Source: Methanococcus maripaludis (GTDB lineage Archaea; AGJL01; Methanococci; Methanococcales; Methanococcaceae). From it: 32,000 nt of DNA. The stretch is from positions 1,650,001 through 1,682,000 of the forward strand of contig NZ_CP026606.1 of assembly GCF_002945325.1 (NCBI RefSeq). Direction: 5' to 3'. Positions 28,193 to 32,000 of the stretch are shown here, one piece after another. The notes beneath the pieces are model-generated. The model did not search any database, was not told where the DNA came from, and saw only the letters and a list, made by a program, of their open reading frames with translations. Position numbers and translations under genes: made by a program. Numbering within the stretch: the stretch's first letter is position 1; each line of letters begins with the position of its first letter.

Positions 28193-28696
28193 ATGGACGT
28201 TTATGATATTTTATTCTTAAAATGCACGGAATACGAAGTAGTTGTAAACGAAAGACACGTTCCGCTTTGGATGTTATCTAAATCCGATGAAGAACGAATA
28301 AATTTTGATCTTCCGTGGACAAATTTACAGGATCTTGCAATATCTCTCTATGAATTAAAAAGAGAACAGCAAAAGTCAAAAGAGCTTTTAAAGTGTAATC
28401 TCGAAGAAATAATTGTTGGAATTTCTTATTTAAAATCTAAAAAGTCAGGTTCTCTTTTATCAGACGAATCAATGGCAATAAAAGCTTGTATGGACTATTT
28501 ATCTGAATTTATAACTGCAAGGATAAATTGTATATATAGATATTATTATCCAATGAAAACCCCGCCAAACAAATCGCTTTTTGATGAAGTAATTCTTAAA
28601 TTCCCACAAAAAAAAGATATAAAAGCTAAAAACAGGCAGGATTTTGAAGAAATAATTTCAAAACTTAAAAAATACGATTTTAATTTACAAAATTAA
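28193..28696 (+). CDS. Hypothetical protein tightly coupled to the downstream MCM paralog
   Basis: 167 aa, predicted mostly helical, with no motif I can assign. It ends 12 nt before the MCM ATG, and a GTGAT SD lies in the gap. Its own GTGA SD sits 5 nt before its ATG. Confidence 0.6.
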   Translation: MDVYDILFLKCTEYEVVVNERHVPLWMLSKSDEERINFDLPWTNLQDLAISLYELKREQQKSKELLKCNLEEIIVGISYLKSKKSGSLLSDESMAIKACMDYLSEFITARINCIYRYYYPMKTPPNKSLFDEVILKFPQKKDIKAKNRQDFEEIISKLKKYDFNLQN

Positions 28697-28708
28697 TTTT
28701 GTGATATT

Positions 28709-30841
28709 ATGGAATTTGATGAAGAAGTTTTTTTGACCCTGTACGGCGATAAATTAAAAAAATACATGAAAGACCAGATTTCACAAAAGATGGTTAAAAA
28801 TAACGTTTTTGAATTTGATATAGGCGAATTTTTAAAAAATTATTCGGATTCGTGTGACATAAACGATCAAATTATTGAAAATCCAAAATTAGTCGAAGAT
28901 CCTCTATTATATGTTTTTAAAGAATCCTACATAGATCTTTTTGGTGAAGATGAGCATGTAAAAAAGGAACTCGAAAAAACACAGATTGCATTTAAGAATC
29001 CGCTTGGATGCGACAAAAAAATCGATGAAATAACGTCGTCAGAAATGAACAGGCTCGTTAAATTCGAAGGAAATATCATAAAAGCGGCAAAAGTTTGCGC
29101 ATTATTAAAAAAAGCATGTTTCGTCTGTCGAGCATGCGGTGAAATTTCATATAAAACAATTCACGACTATTTTGAACAGCCAAGAAGCTACTGTAAAAAT
29201 CAAAACTGCAGAAGCGAAATGTCAATTGATTACGATAGTTCTGCTTATGTAAATATTCAGGAACTTGAAATACAGCAGCCAATTGATTTAATGAGAAATC
29301 CTGACGATCCTCCAAGAAGTATTCGTGTTTTTTTAGAAAATTCTGATGGAATTTACTCTGGACGGGTGGATGTTGTAGGAACGGTTATGAAAAAGCTTAC
29401 ACGTCCAAATATGCCTGTTTTTGAAATTTATGCGAAAAGTAACCATGTAAAACTCGGCGAAAGCTTCCAAAAGATTGAAGTAAAAGACATCATAAACAAC
29501 TACGATTTAATAAATACCCTGGATGAACTTGGGAAAAAGGAAAATATAATTGATATTCTTTCAAATTATTTAATACCTCAAATTAAAGGTTACGATCTTG
29601 TAAAAAAAGCAATATTTTTACAGCAAGTAAAAGCATGTACTAAATTTTTACCCGATGGATCAGAACTTAGGAAAGACAGCCACATTTTATTGATAACGGA
29701 TCCGGGAATTGGAAAGTCTACAATGCTTAGAAAAATTTCAAGACTTTTCCCACAAAATTCCTATGCGTCAGTTACAACTGCAACAGGTGGTGGATTAACT
29801 GCAAATGTTGTAAGGGAGGCTACAGAAATTGGGGATGGCTGGGTTGTAAAACCTGGAGTATTCGTTCGTGCAAATGAGGGAACTGCATGTATTGATGAAT
29901 TAACTGTTGATAAAAACGTTATGAAATATATTTTAGAAGCAATGGAGTCCCAGACTATACACGTGAATAAAGGGGGAATTAATGTAAAACTTCCTGCAAG
30001 GTGTGCGGTTTTAGCAGCTTGCAACCCAAAAAGAGGTAGATTTGATAGAAACATGGGCGTAGTCGAACAGATTGGAATTCCAGCACCCTTGTTAAGCCGT
30101 TTTGATTTGATATTCCCTTTAAAAGATTCCCCTGATAGGCGAAGGGATGCAGAGATTGCAGAACACATACTTGATACACACGTTGAAACTGCAACGAAAA
30201 ACTATTCAAAAGTTCTTGGTTCAATCAAAATAGATGGAATAACTGTTGATGAAAATTTAATTAAGAATTATATAATTTATGCGAGAACCTGTGCATATTT
30301 CGATGAAAATCATCATTTGTATGCTGGAGAGGTTGATGAAAGGAAAATAAAAAGTCCACCCCTTTCAAAAGGCGCCAAAAAATTGATTCGGGATTATTAC
30401 GTTGACATGAGAAAGCTTGGGGAAGGAAACAATCCAGTCCCCGTTACTGCAAGACAATTAGAAGCTGCAATAAGAATTTCAGAAATGCATGCAAAAGCAA
30501 GGCTTTCAAGAGAAGTAGAAGAAAAAGATGCGAAAATTGCAATTGATATAATTGAAGAATGTTTAAGGCAAGTTGCATATGATCCTGAAACTGGAAAATT
30601 TGACATAGATAAAGGAATGGGTGAAATTCCAAAATCTAAAGTCGATAAAATGGATAAAATCGTGGATATTATTCGTGAACTTTCAGTATTAAGTAGCAAC
30701 GGTCTTGCCGATGAATGCGATATTGTAGAAAAAGCTTCAGAATTTCAGATTTCTGAAAAGGATGTTTCAGACATGCTTTCAAAATTAAAGAAGAGTGCAG
30801 ATGTATTCAGCCCAAAATATGGATATTATAGATTAACTTAA
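28709..30841 (+). CDS. mcm: Minichromosome maintenance (MCM) helicase paralog, divergent
   Basis: 710 aa. The N-terminal OB/Zn domain is CFVCRACGE-X21-CKNQNC. The AAA+ core has Walker A LLITDPGIGKSTML, Walker B ACIDELTVD, sensor-1 VLAACNP, arginine finger LLSRFDLIF and sensor-2 TARQLEAAIRISEMHAKARL. A C-terminal winged-helix-like tail follows. Confidence 0.93.
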   Translation: MEFDEEVFLTLYGDKLKKYMKDQISQKMVKNNVFEFDIGEFLKNYSDSCDINDQIIENPKLVEDPLLYVFKESYIDLFGEDEHVKKELEKTQIAFKNPLGCDKKIDEITSSEMNRLVKFEGNIIKAAKVCALLKKACFVCRACGEISYKTIHDYFEQPRSYCKNQNCRSEMSIDYDSSAYVNIQELEIQQPIDLMRNPDDPPRSIRVFLENSDGIYSGRVDVVGTVMKKLTRPNMPVFEIYAKSNHVKLGESFQKIEVKDIINNYDLINTLDELGKKENIIDILSNYLIPQIKGYDLVKKAIFLQQVKACTKFLPDGSELRKDSHILLITDPGIGKSTMLRKISRLFPQNSYASVTTATGGGLTANVVREATEIGDGWVVKPGVFVRANEGTACIDELTVDKNVMKYILEAMESQTIHVNKGGINVKLPARCAVLAACNPKRGRFDRNMGVVEQIGIPAPLLSRFDLIFPLKDSPDRRRDAEIAEHILDTHVETATKNYSKVLGSIKIDGITVDENLIKNYIIYARTCAYFDENHHLYAGEVDERKIKSPPLSKGAKKLIRDYYVDMRKLGEGNNPVPVTARQLEAAIRISEMHAKARLSREVEEKDAKIAIDIIEECLRQVAYDPETGKFDIDKGMGEIPKSKVDKMDKIVDIIRELSVLSSNGLADECDIVEKASEFQISEKDVSDMLSKLKKSADVFSPKYGYYRLT

Positions 30842-30862
30842 AATTATTTCTAAAATAAAGTC

Positions 30863-30875
30863 TTTTTTAATTTTT
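30863..30875 (+). terminator. Oligo-T terminator after mcm
   Basis: tcTTTTTTaaTTTTTg begins about 20 nt after the TAA at 30839-30841. Confidence 0.5.
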
Positions 30876-30898
30876 GTTTTACCATTTTTTCAGATAAG

Positions 30899-30908
30899 TT
30901 TATATATA
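30899..30908 (+). promoter_or_regulatory. TATA box of the tetR-family gene
   Basis: TTTATATATA matches the archaeal TATA consensus. The expected transcription start, about 25 nt downstream, coincides with the first base of the palindrome at 30929. Confidence 0.55.
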
Positions 30909-30928
30909 CAAACGTCAATGTAAAGTAC

Positions 30929-30946
30929 ATACCTTCTGGTAGGTAT
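30929..30946. promoter_or_regulatory. Palindromic operator-like site ATACCT-N6-AGGTAT (copy 1)
   Basis: ATACCTTCTGGTAGGTAT lies between the TATA box and the tetR ATG (30953). It is 16/18 identical to the site at 31601-31618. Confidence 0.55.
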
Positions 30947-30952
30947 GGTATC

Positions 30953-31555
30953 ATGAGTACAAAAGAAAAAATAGTGCAGAACGCTGCAAAGCTGTTTCTT
31001 ACAAAAGGATACAAGCAAACGTCTTTAAATGAAATAGCCGAAAAAACAGGTATTACTAAAGGTGGAATTTACCACCATTTTAAAGATAAAAATGAACTTT
31101 TTGTAGAAATGGCCGAGTATTTCAAATCTAAATTTGCTTCGCTTTTAACAAAAATGGAGCAAGAATCATCTTTAGAAGATTTGTTGAAGAATTATTTTGA
31201 AAATTCTGAAATTTTGATGCAGGAAATTGCAGAATATCTTGAATTAACTCTTAAAGATATCAAACATTTTTCAGAATTTCAATCAAGATTTACATTAGAT
31301 GCAATCCAATACGGTCCAAAAGATATGGACTTTACAATGCACACAAAATCGATGTATTCCCTTTTGAAAAAAAAGATAGAACTCGCCAAAAAAAATGGGG
31401 AGATTTTAGAAGAAATCGATTCAAAAGAAATTTCATTAGAGATTATTGCAATCATTGAGGGTTATTCAAATTTAAGGCGATTAAAATTAATGGATGACTC
31501 TTATGAATATGGAAATAAGTGCTTTGAACGATTGTGGAATCGAATAAAAAAATAA
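30953..31555 (+). CDS. TetR/AcrR-family transcriptional regulator
   Basis: 200 aa. The N-terminal HTH KEKIVQNAAKLFLTKGYKQTSLNEIAEKTGITKGGIYHHFKDKNELF is the canonical TetR_N signature. Confidence 0.92.
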   Translation: MSTKEKIVQNAAKLFLTKGYKQTSLNEIAEKTGITKGGIYHHFKDKNELFVEMAEYFKSKFASLLTKMEQESSLEDLLKNYFENSEILMQEIAEYLELTLKDIKHFSEFQSRFTLDAIQYGPKDMDFTMHTKSMYSLLKKKIELAKKNGEILEEIDSKEISLEIIAIIEGYSNLRRLKLMDDSYEYGNKCFERLWNRIKK

Positions 31556-31600
31556 ACGGCATGAAAAATACGAAAGATATGTTTTTTCATATTCGAGTAA

Positions 31601-31618
31601 ATACCATCCGGTAGGTAT
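31601..31618. promoter_or_regulatory. Palindromic operator-like site (copy 2), upstream of the exporter gene
   Basis: ATACCATCCGGTAGGTAT lies 21 nt upstream of the exporter ATG and shares ATACC..TC.GGTAGGTAT with copy 1. Confidence 0.5.
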
Positions 31619-31638
31619 TTTTAAATACTGGTGATTAG

Positions 31639-32000
31639 ATGAAAGCCGAAAAAATCTTACAAAAAATAGCTGAGGCATCTGAACGACATCCTTTAAAAGT
31701 TGTCGCAGTTGTTATTGTCCTCACGATATTCATGGCTTTTTTAGCTACAGGTATTGAGTCTCAAACTGATTACGAAAAGATGGTTCCGCAAGATGATCCT
31801 GTAATTGTTGCTTTAAACGAAATACGGGATGAATTTGGCGGTACTGAGACTATAATGTTAGGGGTAAAACTAGTGCCCTCCGATAGCTCTGAAAAGGTAA
31901 CCGATATCCGTGATCCGCGAGTTTTAGATCTTGTGGACTTTTTAGAACAGGATATTGGGAGTATGGATATGATAACATCCGTTAGTTCAAGAGCGGATGT
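31639..32000 (+). CDS. RND-superfamily / MMPL-type exporter, N-terminal fragment (continues beyond the window)
   Basis: This ORF is not in the track because it is open-ended. The ATG at 31639 is preceded by a GGTGAT SD. The translation is MKAEKILQKIAEASERHPLKVVAVVIVLTIFMAFLATGIESQTDYEKMVPQDDPVIVALNEIRDEFGGTETIMLGV..., the typical N-terminus, TM1 and start of the first periplasmic loop of archaeal MMPL/RND exporters. It is paired with the TetR gene. Confidence 0.7.
   Translation, partial: MKAEKILQKIAEASERHPLKVVAVVIVLTIFMAFLATGIESQTDYEKMVPQDDPVIVALNEIRDEFGGTETIMLGVKLVPSDSSEKVTDIRDPRVLDLVDFLEQDIGSMDMITSVSSRAD

Noticed and set aside
28193-30841. The MCM paralog as the core of an integrated plasmid or provirus.
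   Set aside because: There is no integrase, no att-like repeat, no tRNA target and no viral or plasmid genes on either side. The pair is flanked directly by argS and a TetR/exporter pair, each with clean terminators.

Overview
This is a 32-kb chromosomal window from an AT-rich methanogenic archaeon. The proteins (archaeal-type adenylate kinase, A1AO ATP synthase, four-OB RPA) look like Methanococcus, probably the M. maripaludis group; that assignment comes from recognising the families, not from a search. Positions 49-9241 (minus strand) hold a complete A1AO ATP synthase operon in the canonical order H-I-K-E-C-F-A-B-D. Its proteolipid is triplicated. A two-gene restriction-modification module lies between this operon and rlmH at 9696-12676. 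I read it as a BcgI-like Type IIB system: a 644-aa fused nuclease plus gamma-class N6-adenine methyltransferase, and a 347-aa two-TRD specificity subunit. It is visibly more AT-rich than its neighbours, so it is probably an inserted defence islet. The minus-strand block continues with rlmH, an SPFH/stomatin plus short-NfeD pair, tmk and an uncharacterised 976-aa all-HEAT-repeat protein. The plus strand then carries rpa (four OB folds plus a Zn-OB), adkA and a DUF106/YidC-like gene. Next come a small orphan and an NFACT/Rqc2-family gene on the minus strand. At 24.3-26.3 kb there is a gene-poor patch with a wHTH orphan, two tiny membrane proteins and a 122-bp inverted-repeat element (candidate sRNA or MITE). 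The window ends with argS, a 167-aa orphan tightly coupled to a divergent but catalytically intact MCM paralog, and a TetR regulator with a truncated RND/MMPL-type exporter. That last pair shares an 18-bp palindromic operator-like motif. I found no rRNA, tRNA, CRISPR array, integrase or transposase. Nothing here is unambiguously a brand-new multi-gene system. The best candidates for follow-up are the Type IIB RM islet, the orphan+MCM pair, the HEAT-repeat giant and the inverted-repeat RNA-like element.
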